Assembly (NCBI RefSeq): GCF_009914755.1
Contig: NC_060938.1
Reading direction: 5' to 3' (one strand)
Length of the DNA: 64,000 bases
Source of the DNA: the human T2T-CHM13v2.0 reference genome, Homo sapiens
Shown: one piece after another, positions 14,217 through 28,899 of the stretch
Position numbering within the stretch: position 1 is the first letter of the stretch
Layout: every line of letters begins with the position of its first letter
The notes under the pieces: model-generated
Databases searched by the model: none
Told to the model about the DNA's origin: nothing
Seen by the model: the letters and a program-made list of their open reading frames with translations, nothing else
Program-made: the position numbers and the translations under genes

Positions 14217-17200
14217 ACATTTTATTGGAAAAAATTCAAAATTTATTTTTCAACAGACAGCATCACCAGGTACAACTACAGGTGCTTCCCTATTGATCAT
14301 GTATTTACAAGCCATTACTAGCTCAACAGTGAGAAAGCCACTTGGGTGTTTTCTGCAACAATACCCACTTCACAGTGTGAACGGGTACTATTATTGTGTT
14401 CTCTTAAAATTTCAGAAGGAAAGGCACAACTTGGCAAAACTTTAAAAAAAAATTTTTTTATCCTAAAGTCAGGTGCAATAACTAAGAGACAAAACTTGGA
14501 GTAACATTCTGGCCTTCAGTAAAGACCTTCCACAGGAAGAGAAAAGACTTCTCCACCCTAAAGTTATGGCCTTTTTCTCTCCTTCCTTGTTAAACCATTA
14601 GAGCATTGTTTCATCATTTGCTCAATATTAACACATGTACAAAAGTGAATTTTTTAAAAAGAAATAAAAATATCTTGAATGTCCAGCTGTTCCCACCAAT
14701 ATATCAATCCTTAAGTTTAAGACAGGGCCTGGGAATCCTTCAGTAGTTATAAAGTAAGAAAATAGAGACTATGGCTACAAAAATAAAAAATAAATGAAGT
14801 ACGGGCCCGGCGCAATGGCTCATTCCTGTAATCCCCACACTTTGGGAGGCCAACACAAGTGGATTGCTTGAGTTCGAGACCAGCCTGGGCAACATGGCGA
14901 AACCTTATCTCTACCAAAAAAAAAAATAATAATAAAATAAAAAATTAGCTGTGTGTGCTGGTATGTGCCTGTAGTCCCAGCTACTCAAGAGGTTGACGCA
15001 GGAGGATGGCTTGAACCTGGGAGGCGGAAGTTGCAGTAAACCAAGATTGTGCCACTGCACTCCAGCCTGGGTGACAGAGCAAGACCCTGTCTCAAAAATA
15101 AAAATAAAAAATAAATGAAGTAGATAAATTAAAGCTTTCACAGCCAGGACTTGCCTGTTCTAACTTTGCAGCCTCCAAGAAATACTTAGGAAAAAAATCT
15201 TCATAATTACATGGCATCAGTCTCACTAACGAAATTTTTTTTAAATTAGTACGTGAACCTGTGATAGAAAACATGCCTTTCCATGAGTTTTATCTCTAGA
15301 AAAAAAACTCAGATTTTCAATAGAGTAGGCACTGGCAAACTGAATTATGTCACCTAATATTCCCCACTCAGGTGCCCACTTCTTCTAGCATTCAGGAAGA
15401 TGAAGGCAACTGGGAAGTGTGGGAAAGGCATTGGCATACTTGGGGCTTCGAATGAACTGTACTTAAATAAGCAGCAACACACACATTGACTCCCTAAGGA
15501 CTAAAATAAGCCCATATGAGGGTATTCTACTTAAGTTTCTAGGGTTGAAGCAACTTTGTAATTCTACAACCTTAGTATTTTGGAGTTTTTTTTAAGGTAC
15601 ACTCAAAACAAAACAAAATGAAAGATAGGTACATGGTTAGCTGGCATATAAAACAGGTCCCTAAATATATGACAGATCTTGTCCGTTTACCCAAATATAG
15701 TTACCTTTTAAGTATACAGTACCCTTTCCCCCAGTTAGGCTAAGCAGTTATGTTTTCCACTTGGTTCAATAAGCTCCAACTGTTCTACCTTGAAATAGGT
15801 GACAGACTTTGGAAACAGTCACTCTAGGGGTACAAAGTTTCTACGTGTACTTTGTCAAAAGAGGCAAAGCTACTTTCAAGGCCCACTTCTTCCAAAATTT
15901 AAAAAACAAATCTAGTCTGTATTTGTGTTGGTATAAATTTTTATTTCATGTTTTGTTTTTATTTTTTGCAAAGCAGCATAGCAACAATGGTGATTGTAGG
16001 ACTGCCTGAGGTTTCAGACACAACTGTAAACATCATTTACATATCAGTAAGAAAAAGGAAAACAGGAAAAGGAGACGAGTTTCTTAAGAAAATGAAAAAA
16101 AAGAAAGAAAGCACAGATTCTAGAGATTTCACTGGCTGCATTCGTCCCTCTACACAGGTTCCCATTTGGCTTAGTTGACCACAGTCTTGTTTTCTTCCAA
16201 GAAGTGAGGGAAACTGGTGTTTAGGAACACTGTTAGTAGCTCCTGGTTTTTCCAGATTAGCACTGATACCTGATTGGGAGCTATCCATCTTGGAGACAGT
16301 ACATCATTCACAATGAAAAGAGGGACACTGGAAGGGTGTCAACACTGGCGCTCTAGACCACGGAGATTTCATTGTTCTTCATGGCAAGGCCACCATTGAG
16401 CATGCTGATGTACTGGTTCCACACGACAGGGTCCACATTCATCAAAGGGGCCAGAATTTCCTTGGGAAACATTTCTGAGACTCTTTCCATTCATATCTAA
16501 CATCCATGGTGAACAAAAACAAGAACATCCATGGTGTTCTTGATAGGCAGCTTCTTTCCATGGCATGTCTAGTTATTGTTTACCTTGCGCATCATATAGT
16601 GGACCTTCAAGTTGCATTTGGTGGCAAAAGCTTGCCCATATATGTTGCACACAAAAGGTTTCTCTCCAGTGTGAGCTCATTAATTAATCTGAAGGCACTA
16701 GCAGACAAGAAATTCTTCCCACATCATGTGCAGCTGTGTTGCCTGGCCTGTCTGCATGATTGGGCTGCTAAAAAGGTGTCAGCCCAAGAACATGGCCAAG
16801 GGTCTGATAAATATGTTAGAAACTTCAACTCTGACATAGGTTGGCTGTGCTTGTATAAATATTAACGGGAGACTGCTCCGACCTTCCATCTCGGTGCAGC
16901 TATTGTCAGAGCTCTCAGCTTTGCCCTAGCATTGGGAGACTCTGATGTGATAGCTTCTGCTTGGTTATTGGCTGGGTAGAGTGCCTGGAAGGCCATGGTT
17001 TCCACGGCATCTGGACTTTGGCTCTCCACTGGACCATTTTTTCAGTTGCTCTACCACTGCAGGCTAAAATGGGCAGAACCCACATCTAGGGAAGCCATCA
17101 TGTAGTTAGAGTAAGTCATGCCAAGTGGATTCTAGGGGGAGGTGCAAGGACCTTCAAGGAGCTACTGGGAGCATCTTGGCAGCTGACCTTGTCTACATCA

Positions 17201-19304
17201 GTGCTTTCTACAACATCATCATGACAGATGGCACTTACATTGCCATTCTCACTGGCCATCATTGGCTCAAGACCAGTAAAATCACCAAGATTCTCCAGCA
17301 TGTTAATATGTTGGTACAACATGGCCACACTGGTAAATTTCTTTTGACTGATGAGACACAACTTTATTGATGTGTTGGACTGGTGAACCCCAAGGTGTGT
17401 CTTCAAGTTGCCTTTGGTAGAAAAAGCTTGGCCATAGATCTTACATTGGAACAGTCTCTCCCGAGTGTGGGCACGGTAATGCATTTTGAGGGATTTATAG
17501 CAGCTCAAGATTCAGTGGCAAATGCGACATTCATTGGGGTTGGTGGTGGACTTGTCAATGTTCTCCACCAGTTGCTGCAATTTCTGGGTCTCTGACCCTG
17601 GCTCATGGATTCCACTCCGTTGGAGGCCACCAATCCTTGGGGAATTATAGTTTGGTCCCACCCCAGGTTGTGTGAGTCTACCCTTACATTCTGAAGAAGA
17701 TCTGAGCGGCAGGTCATCAAGCAACAGGTCACTGATGAGGTCCTTGAGCTCAGTACCCGAAGGGAGATTTTGAGGTACACCTATGGAGAGCATCCCTGTT
17801 ACAAAGACAAGTTGGCTGCCTAAAGAGAGACTCAATTCATCTATGGGGACAGGTACAGAGAGTACATGGGAATGCCATTGCCTGCTCCCATTTTGTCCTG
17901 GAACTTGGCAAACAGCTGAAGGTTTGCCTTTACCTGAAAATATCTATGAAAGCACACCTTGGATTACCCTTGGTGGTGAAGCCATGACCACAGACAGAAA
18001 ACATGAAGGGTTTCTCTCCAAAGTGGGAGCGGAGTTGTATCTACAAGGAGCTATCAGTCCCCAAAAGCTTGCTACGATACTTAAATTTGTGCTTGTAGAC
18101 GATGGTTTTGTCTTTGGCTTTGACATCCACCTTGAGGTGTTCCATGGCTTCCTTTTCCCTTTCTTGGAAAGGTCTAGCACTACAGTATAGAATATAGAAA
18201 GAACTCTGGAAGAGCACAGAGTCCAGGGTGTGAGGTAGCAAAGTACTCAGGGGGCAAGACATGACATTTGGGAGCACATATGTCCCACTTTAGGACGAAG
18301 GGTATCAGTCCCAGGGACAAAGAGCTAGTTGTGAAAGGGATTTTGGCATGAGGTAGCTTGGCTTGTTTCAAGGCATCCAGAGACAGACCTTGGCTTCCAG
18401 TGTTCTGACTGAGCAAAGCCACAGCTGCAGAAACCTGCTGGAACATGTGGCTGTCCAAGTTCTATAGAGTATCACACTCCTCCCCTGATGTGAGTACAGG
18501 AGATTCACATGTTCATCTGAATTCAGATCTGCTGGGTGAGCTGGATCTGCTGTAGCTGCTGCAGAAACAGGATCTGCTCAAGGACCCACTGGATACTGTT
18601 GGTGCCAGCCACAGAAGCTGATTCATCATACCTTGTTGCCCCATAGTGCCTGAAGAGTCACATTTGTGTTGGCCACTTTCCCTTTGGGTAAATAGCTTAT
18701 GTTCTGGGGTGTGGGTGGCAGGGCAGTGTCTGTCTCTAAGTACATGACAGACTCTGCATCCAGCTTCTCCTTTATGTCCCCTTAGCTGCCACCATTCTCC
18801 ATGTGACCATTCTTACTGCTTGGACTGGGTGGCTGGTGGCTCAGTACAGCTCCAAAGAAGTCTTCTCAAGGCACTGGCCTCTTGCTGTCATACATGATGA
18901 AGATAGGTGGATTTTTTGTACAATTTTTCTTATGTTTCAAGAACTGAGAGAGGCTAAAGAACTTTGCACAGCATCTCTCAGTTGTTAGCCTCTTCCCAGT
19001 GAAGCTGCTTTACCGTTGCTTCATTCTCATTCAATTTATCACCATTTCCTAGGTGGGTCATTGGAGAACCTGGCTCCCCTGCCACTGGTGCCACTAGGTT
19101 GCATCTGCAAACTCCGAGTCAGCTCTGCAACTACTGCTCACCCTGGCCCTTCTCCAAGGTGATGTGCTGTGGTTTCACCTGCTTGTTCAACAACATGGTG
19201 CAAGCACTGGGTGCTGGGGGGAGCTGCAGTTATTTGGCCTCCAGCACAAGTTATTGGAGCTGGGAAAGTTAGCTTCCTTCAGCTGGAAAGCACATGTCCA
19301 AGTC
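14217..19304 (-). pseudogene. SALL4P7: Full-length SALL4 processed pseudogene (SALL4A-length; probably SALL4P7); pseudo-CDS 19196 to 16171
   Basis: Intronless; SALL4-like 5'UTR and start MLLNKQVKPQHITLEKGQGEQ* (TAG at codon 22; parent MSRRKQAKPQHINSEEDQGEQQ); degenerate C2H2 fingers (SLKMHYRAHTRERLFQCKI...FSTKGNLKTHLGVH); [11 protein letters not shown] motif; end KTVVN-TAA; frameshifts; TSD AAGGACAAAAT at 14206-14216 and 19305-19315. The number P7 is from recall. Confidence 0.93.
14804..15107 (+). mobile_element. Old Alu (J/early S) within the pseudogene 3'UTR
   Basis: Dimeric Alu with AAAATAAATGAAGTA duplicated on both sides. Confidence 0.9.
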
Positions 19305-19912
19305 AAGGACAAAATTCTTATCATGGCCTACAGGGACCTTTACGGTCCTGTCCCTACCTATCTCTCCGTCTTCATATTATACTAACTCTACCTTCCTCTG
19401 CAATCCATCTTTATGAACTTCTGTCAGTTCTTAACATGCTCTTTCCATCAGGGGGATATTGTACTTGCTGGCTCCTCTGCCTGGAATGCTCTATCCTTCT
19501 TTATTTAATAACCTCCTTCTCATTCTTCAACTTTAAACTCAAGTATCACAGACTCAGCAATGTCTGTTATAAACTCTCATAGTTCATGCACTTATCCTTC
19601 ATAGCAATTAACACAGTTTTAATTCTCTATTATTTGTGTAATTATCGTATAAATATCTATCTCATCCACTATACTGTAGTCTCCATGAGTACAGGCCCAA
19701 TTCTCCATATGCACACACACACACACTCCTTGGCATTCGAAACAAATAGGTTACAGCAACAGTTTGTCATAATGACTATAATCCCAATTCAATTCATAAG
19801 CACTTCTGACAGAATAAAGTCTAAGAAGTGTCCTTATAAGGAAAACAGTCACAGATGAGGAAGAATCTGCTACCTCTAGACTTTCAGTTCTGCAAGTCAA
19901 AAAATTCTCTTT

Positions 19913-20276
<364 letters not shown>

Positions 20277-21295
20277 CTAAGTTGGGTTTCTATTGCCTGC
20301 AGCTACAGTGTCCTGGTAAATACAGAAAAGTAGAGATAATGAAATTTTGTGTCACTGTATATGCCACTTGAAAACTTACTTGCACCACATTTCTAAGTAT
20401 CAAAGTCAATTAAATTTTCTTTGTTTAGTTTCCATGAATTTATTTAATGAAGCATGTTTTAGTATTTTTCATATTTCATTTATAATTTCTTATACAGATT
20501 TTGTTTTCCCTGGAGTTTCTAATTGCACTTCTATATTTCTATACACAAAATAATCCACATATTCTTTACTATATCATTAAAACTCTTGGGCTCCCTTACT
20601 AATGTTGAATGAGCTAACATAATTTCCAAACTCTAATTAAGCACAGACATTTCTCATTGAGAGGTCTATACCTTTCCAGGCTAATCACTCAATTTCATTA
20701 AAGACTGTTTCTCAGGCTTCAGCCTGGGTGCACTCATAGGATTAGGGAGATATAGGAAAGGCCAGTTATCACCACCCTGCTCCAGACAATTTTCCAAACT
20801 CTAACCTCATTTTCTGCTCCTCTTCCCCTCCAATTATCTATATCTACAACTCAGGGAATTCAGTGGAAAAACTTTTTCATTTATTTTAAACAATGCTAAA
20901 TGTTAATTATTGTACTACTCTGTAATACAATGATGTCTTTGTAATCTATGGACTTCTATAGGACTTAAGGCCCTTACAATAATAACCTCAATCCTTGGTG
21001 CATTTTCAAATCTCATGTCTGCTTTTCCTACATGAGGAAACGATAAACTTTTACTGAAGGACATTTTAAAAAACATTAGAATAAATGACAGTCATTTCAT
21101 GTATTTGAACTGGAACATTCAACATTGCAAAGATGTAATTTATCACAAATTAGTCTATTTATGTAATACAATTCTGTGAAAACCCCCACTGGACTCTGAG
21201 ATAGTGAAAAAACATTGACAAACTGATCTTAAGGTTCATCTGGAAGAAAATATCCACAGAACAGCCAAAGAATTTTCTTAAAAATATTACTGAAG

Positions 21296-21750
<455 letters not shown>

Positions 21751-22343
21751 CTGTGGAAAAAGAATAGATCAATCAATAAATAATTGTGGTAGAATTAGAA
21801 AATGATTTGAAGAAGAAAACAACGCTGTTAGATTTCAAATTTACATAAGACCACAAAATAAATCCAGAAGTATTAAGCAGTTTTAAAATGTTTTTAATCT
21901 AAGAATAGTAGGAGAAGGAAATACAGATTATTTTTATAACTGGCAAGGTTGGCAATACTAAGTATGGCCCCTAAGGCAGAACTGGATTTGATAGATTCAA
22001 CTATGTAAAAACTATAGGTGATTGCCTGTAGGGCAATCAACTTGATAAAGTTAAAAGGCAAGTGAAAAACTGTGAAGAAATATTGGCAATACACGACAAG
22101 AAAAAATATATATCCTTAATATTTGAAGTGACCTTACATATGATTTTGAAAGAACAAACATCCCAATGGAAAATTCTCCAAAGAATAAATACAAATTACC
22201 CATAAATATATTAACATGTATAACCTCATTAATAATCAAAGAAATGCCCATTTTAAAAAATGAGAAATTATTTTTCATCTATCAAGTTGGGAAAGATTTA
22301 TAAGAAGATTAATGACCAGAGTGTGAGGAGGGACTAGCACTCC

Positions 22344-22689
<346 letters not shown>

Positions 22690-23381
22690 TAAAAGTCTTT
22701 TTGGATGGAAATTTGGAAGTATGTATCAATTGTTTAATGTGTATACCTTTTGACCCATCCATTTCACATCCAATAATTTGAAGGAAAAAACTGGACAATA
22801 CATAAACATGTTCCTTGCTTCATTGTTATAATGGTGAAAAAATGGAATTTAAACATCAATAGGGACTGGTTAAATAAGTTGTGGTATTTATGCTGTAGAA
22901 CACAATGTAACCTTCAAAATGATAACATATTTATGGTCAAGAAAAATGTTCACGAAATGTTATCAGGAAAAGGCTATAAAACAGTATGGATAATATAAAT
23001 ACTTTCATCAAAGGGGAAAAAATGTGTGTCTCTGTGCATAGAGAAAAACGTCCATAAGGATATGCACCTAGCACTAATAGTAGTTATCTCTAATAATAGT
23101 ACTACGAGAAACTCATTTTTGACTCTATATAACCATAGTGCTTGGATTTTTATGTCAATGACCATGTATTGCTTTTATAAGAAGGAAAACGAACAAAAAA
23201 AAAGACATTTCCAGTAGGAAAAAAACCTAGCACTCCAGATGAGGACAATACATGAGAAAAGAGCACAAATAGCAACAAATGAACTAGAGCAGAGGAAAGA
23301 ATAGAGAGGAATGTGTGTGTACATGTAGGTATGTGTGTGTGTGTGTAAGTGTGAGTGTGTGTAATAAGAATAGACTGTCTA

Positions 23382-23646
23382 GGGCCAGGTGAAGGAGGGT
23401 CACTTGAGGCCAGGAGTCTGAGACCACCCTAGGCAATATAGAGAGACCCTGTCTCTACACACACAAAAAATTATTAATTAGCCAGATGTGATGCCATGTA
23501 TCTGTAGTCCTAGATACTAAGAAGGCTGAGGTGTGAGGATGGCTTGAGCCAGGAGTTCGAGGTTGCAGTAAGCTATGATTGTGCCACTGCACTCCATCCT
23601 GGGCAACAGAGCAAGACCCTGTCTCCAAAAAAAAAAAAAAAAAAAA
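23382..23646 (+). mobile_element. AluJ with a left-arm deletion
   Basis: GGCCAGGTG then GGAGGGTCACTTGAGGCCAGGAG; AluJ right arm; A-tail. Confidence 0.85.
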
Positions 23647-23649
23647 GCA

Positions 23650-23960
23650 ATCACATGCATCCTTCTAAAATACAGGCAGAAAGAGTTTTCACATCCACAC
23701 ATCCACACATAGGAGAGAAAGTAAGGCAAAGAAGGAGGCAGAGATTGGAGAGATGCAGCCACAAAACAAGAAATGCCAGCAGCCACCAGAAGCTGGAAGG
23801 GGCATGAAGAGGCTCCTCTAGAGCCTCTGGAGAGGATATCGCCCTGTCAACACCTCGATTCAAACTTGTTGCCTCCAGAACTGTGAGAGAATAAATTTCT
23901 GTTGTTTTAAGCCACTCAGTTTGTGGCAATTTCTTATGGCAGCCACAGGAAACAAATACA
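23650..23960. mobile_element. MaLR LTR (MLT1B/C-like)
   Basis: AGCCACCAGAAGCTGGAAG...CCTCCAGAACTGTGAGAGAATAAATTTCTGTTGTTTTAAGCCAC...GGAAACAAATACA. Confidence 0.85.
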
Positions 23961-26270
23961 GAGGGCATTTGGGGAATTTCATGTAAGCTATCTATTGACT
24001 TCTTTAGACTAATTTATTGCAACAACAGTGGTCCACAGAATAGGAAGGCCTACTTCAAAATAACCTATTGCTTGGAAAGTTTCGAGAAACCTAAGGCAGG
24101 CATCAAAAGATTATGAGACCCAGGACAAGATGGAAAGTGAGACATCATTAAGACAATATGGCCTAATTGATATATTAAGTGGATAGTTGCCCACAAGAGG
24201 GGAACTAACACTTGTTGAGAATTTACTATGTGTCAGGCACTGTGCAAGGAACAGTCATTCATAATCTCATTTAATCCCTACATCTATCCCATAGGATAAG
24301 AATTATGCTATCAGATAAGGAAACGGGGGCCCAAAATCATGTGGTTATTGCAATGATTTAAACCTAAAATATTGGAAGTCCTTGCTCTACTGCTTTATCT
24401 GCTTCTGTAAAGTTTAGTTTGAGAAACATCATTGCCCTAAAATACCATTATAGTGACACTATTTCCCTTTTCTATGAAAACCACTCCCCATCCTCCCATC
24501 TACCTTCAGAAATTGAGTATTGTATCTTTATCTATCTCACAGTTTTAACAAGGCTTAGTCTAGTGAGGAGGTCCTCAGCAATGGGGAATAGGAAGGAGTA
24601 ATGGAGTCAGAAGAAACACAAAGGAGAAAAGGGAACATAAATATGAATTATTACAACACAGAGAAATACAATCATTGGGAAATAAGAAATCTTTCAGAGA
24701 CCACAAAAAGGATAAAAAGGTAAAGAAACAGAAAGGAGATGAGAGGGATAGAAAGAAAACAACTAAATGAAAGATAAAAACTAAATACTAAAATTCAAAA
24801 AAATCAGTTCAGCCCCCAATTTTAATAGCTGTAAAGACATATTATCTTACATTAATTTCACCAAAACCAAGGCATAACAGAGAAAGTAATAACAGATAAA
24901 ACACTAAAACAGAAAAAAAGATTAAAATTTCATAGCTTGAAAGATCTGAGAACAAAAATCTGCTGTTAAAGGAAATATGCACTCATTTCTCTGTCCCTTA
25001 ATTTTTTTCTAAATCTACTCCCACTGTCTGCCTGTATAATTCCCTGCCAGAGCTTTGCAGCTGGTCCCCACTGGGGCTTAAGCAGCCTCCTCTCTGTGTT
25101 TCCATTTAAAAATCTTTATTTCAATAGGTGGGCCTAGAGCATCTGCACTTCCAAAATTACCACACAACTGATCCAAAATGATTGAAACAAAATTGGTTTC
25201 AAAAATTGCCCTTAGGCTGAAAAGAAGATGAAGGCTAACATTTCAGACCTAAAGAAACATTTATGACAATTCTGTGGTCTGTAATAGACTTCTGTAGTTG
25301 TAATAGAAATGTTGACAGCTTGTTAATTATAGAAATGCTTGTGAGCATCACTGTTATTCTTTTGGAAGACCTGACAAAAGAGTTCAGAGGGTTTTGTTTA
25401 CTTAAACCAAGCTTTACGACACCTCAAGTCCAATCTCTTTTCCTTAGAGGCTGCATTCAGTTCCATTTTTCCTGCCAATACACAGTGTGCTGACTCAGAG
25501 AAGGGTCTTCAGTAACACCAGACTCCACCAGTTTCCACCCCCGCTCAAAAAACAACAAAAATCCCAGAGACACATTTTTGATTCAAGGGTTTTTAGGGCT
25601 TGCAAGCGTTATACCACCTGACAAGACCCAGAAGTGTAAGTCTCTCTGAGGTCCTTGAACTAGAGTGCACCAAACTCTGAAAGTCACAACAGCATGAAAT
25701 AGTACTGGACCTTACACACGGCAGGCATTAACCACTATTTGTGTGTGATACAGAACTGCCCTCAAACTCAATTGGAATTAAATTATTTTCCTTGAGTAAA
25801 AAAAGTAAGGTATATAATGGATACAAGTTTGAGTCTATGTTTTAAACCTATCTCTGCCATTAACTAACTGTGCAATATGGGTAATCATTTAACCTCTGTG
25901 GTCCTCATAGTTTATTCATTTATAAAATAGAGAGACACTGAACAATAACTTTCAACCATTGTTCTCTGTCCCACTAATTATTCAAAGAACATAGATCCTA
26001 ACAAGATAGAAGCAACCCCACCATTCCCACAGATATTTACAAGCTTTATAAGTATTTGGTTATCCTAAGTATCATTTACAGTAAATTTTAAGAAAAAACA
26101 AAATTACAGTAAGCTCTTAGGAACAGATTTTATCAACATGGCCTAGACCCAAGATGAAATTGAAAGTGCTCTGAGTCCTTTGTAAATGCTTCAACTCCAC
26201 AATAAACCAAATTTTAGCAGGTTTTGTATGTCTGTGCCTTGTTGATCATTTGGGGCAAGATCCTTTGGGT

Positions 26271-26485
26271 CAAGGTTTCTTAACAGCAGTGTTATTGACT
26301 TTGTTATTGTGGGGTCTGGGGGACCACTGTTCTGTTCATCATAAGATGTTTAGCAGCATCTCTGGCCTGCACCCACTAGATGCCAACTGAGACTACCGAA
26401 ACTGTCTCCAGATATTGACAAATGTCCCCTGGAAGTGGGGAAACAGTGGGAGGGAAACAAAATTCCCCTCAGTTGAGAATTGCTG
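26271..26485. mobile_element. MER20 hAT DNA transposon relic
   Basis: GTTTAGCAGCATCTCTGGCCTGCACCCACTAGATGCCA...TGTCTCCAGATATTGACAAATGTCCCCTGG. Confidence 0.8.
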
Positions 26486-28899
26486 CTTTGAAGGGTAAGA
26501 TGTCATGTGACTGTATTTTTTATAATGCAATATTTAATAAGCACTTTTTGCTAACTAGCTGGATCAACTCAAAGAATGTAAGGTATTTGTTGAAGGCTGA
26601 TGCCTCTATTTGACTTTATAGTACTTAGAAGGAAATTATGATTTACTACACATGTAATACAAACAGTTGATACAATGTATGACACATACAGTTTAATGTG
26701 AATAATATTTGGTGCATCCGAGAGGACATTAAACAAACTCACATTCTTTCACATCATTGAATTTTAAGTTTCTATGTGTATTTTAGAAGGATATTTCGAT
26801 CTTAGATTTGAAAATTGTCAAAAATAACCTGCTGCTGTGAAAAAAGTATGTCCCAATAGAGAACCATGAATTAATCATTCTTTCAGTCATTCAATAAATG
26901 TTTCATTACTAATAATGAAAAGTGTTTTTAAGTGACAAGCTGGCTACATTTTTTAGCACTAATCCTTCAGACAAGAACCCACTGATATGTAGCTCTAAGC
27001 AAGTAATGCAGTGATGTGGTTAGTGCTGTAAACATTTAGGCTTGTCCTAAAGAAGTAGACAAGAGAAAAATGAATTTAAGACCACAGTTTATATTACAAA
27101 GTGTATAATTTGTCATCTACTCTTTGGCTTAGATACAAATTTTTATCCAAGTGCCTAGGATCAACCACTAGCTAGAAGTCAAAACACAGTTGAACAGGTA
27201 GCCTAACATTTTTTAAGAAAACATTAGGCTAATTAATCATCACTGTGAAGTAGCACATTGTCCCAAATTTAAACTTATACAAATTTCCTCCACTTAACAA
27301 TATAAACAATTCTGCATCACTTTAAAATGTCATTTAAAAATAGCTGATGAAGAATAATAACAAAATATACTAATCTCTTAAAATTAGGTCAATATTTTAA
27401 TTGTAATACTTTTTTGCCAATTAATTTAACAACACTAGGAAATCTACAAACATTGCTCAAATGGTGTTTGTTCTCAGAAATATACAATTAAAGAGCCTTC
27501 TCTGTTCTTTGTTACAAGGTGCACAATGGCAGGGGAGGAATGCATGAAATAGTGCAATCTACCTTGGCAGTTTATTAGTATAGTTAGTAGTACTTTAAAA
27601 GTAGGATATTGAATTCATTCCAAAATCTGAAGGTCTGTACTACCAAATACATAAACAAACACACATCTATATTTATGCATATGATATACCTGAAAATCAG
27701 AATGCCAAATAAATAAATGTTTGAAAGTGTAAATTTTTAATAGTGTAATTTCAAACTCGGAAAAATGCCTTTTAAAACTTTCTAGATTATTTTATACTTT
27801 TTTAGAAGTAGAGTTATAAAACTAAAAGCCAGTTGTCACCACCAACACTCGGCTTTGAGACACAGGAAAGGGAAACCAAGATCTCTTCCAAAGTCCAAAT
27901 CACACAAAAGACTGGGGACCTCATTGTCTTCCAGTCTGTGACTCTCAGATGCAGCACAAATGTCTTTATCAAGGAATTCAGATGGATTCAATTACCGCAT
28001 TCTTAAAATAGCTGATTATGTGAAATTGTGTGAGAAAAAAACAAAAACACAACATTTTAAAAAAGACATTTGACTTAGGAAAAGTCAAAGAAAAGATAAG
28101 ATTGGAACCCAGAGGTAGGAAAGTATTGACTTCTAAGCACTGCTCTCCTCTGGCAAATGTGAGCAGGGTGTAACCAGGATTCCACCTGTCCTCTACTCTA
28201 GAGAGGAAAATCAGTAGGGGCAGAGCGAGGAGTGAGATCCCCATATGTGCAGAAGTCCCACACTGAACTCCAGATATTTCCGGCATGAGCCTCAGAATTC
28301 CCTGGGGGCACTTTGCCTAAATCCAGCACGAAACAGTTAGCTACAAAACCAGCCCTTGGACATCATCTTCTACATGATTTTTTTCTCCATATTTGCCCCA
28401 CAAAATGCAACTCTAGAGAAAGCTGAGTAGACGTCTATGGATTCCCGGCAAGACCCGAGCCTTTGTCCAAGACCTCATGTCCCAATCTACTAGCTGCAAA
28501 CCACCAGTAGCAAGCTGCAAAACCACCCAGACAGGCCCAAGGCCAAGGGCTGCCACTGTACTTTCTCGATTTCCCGGTCAAATGCAAAAGAAAAATGAAA
28601 TGTGGGATAAGAAGTGAGGGGTTGCCTGGAGGGTTGGCACAAAACCTCAAAACTGGTAAAAGAAAAAAATATATACCCTTCTGTAAAATTAAGAAAAGCC
28701 AGCCCGAAGTCACAGCTTTCGTCTGGCAAACTTGGGAGAAGTACACCTTAAAGGTGGGGTGAGGGTCACCGCCTTCCCCAAAAGAGGGTTATTCCTAAGG
28801 AATCCCGTGGAGCTTCCCTCTTTCCCAGGGGGCTCGGCTCACATACTTCTTCCTGTTCGTCCCTTCCCCTTGTGAAGCTGGTGAACAAATAAGTGATTC

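Noticed and set aside
17116-18458. Zinc-finger-like ORFs (130, 107, 92 aa) as a possible functional SALL retrogene
   Set aside because: Fragments in different frames, stop at codon 22, zinc-ligating Cys residues lost (CKIYG, LCLISQ); pseudogene
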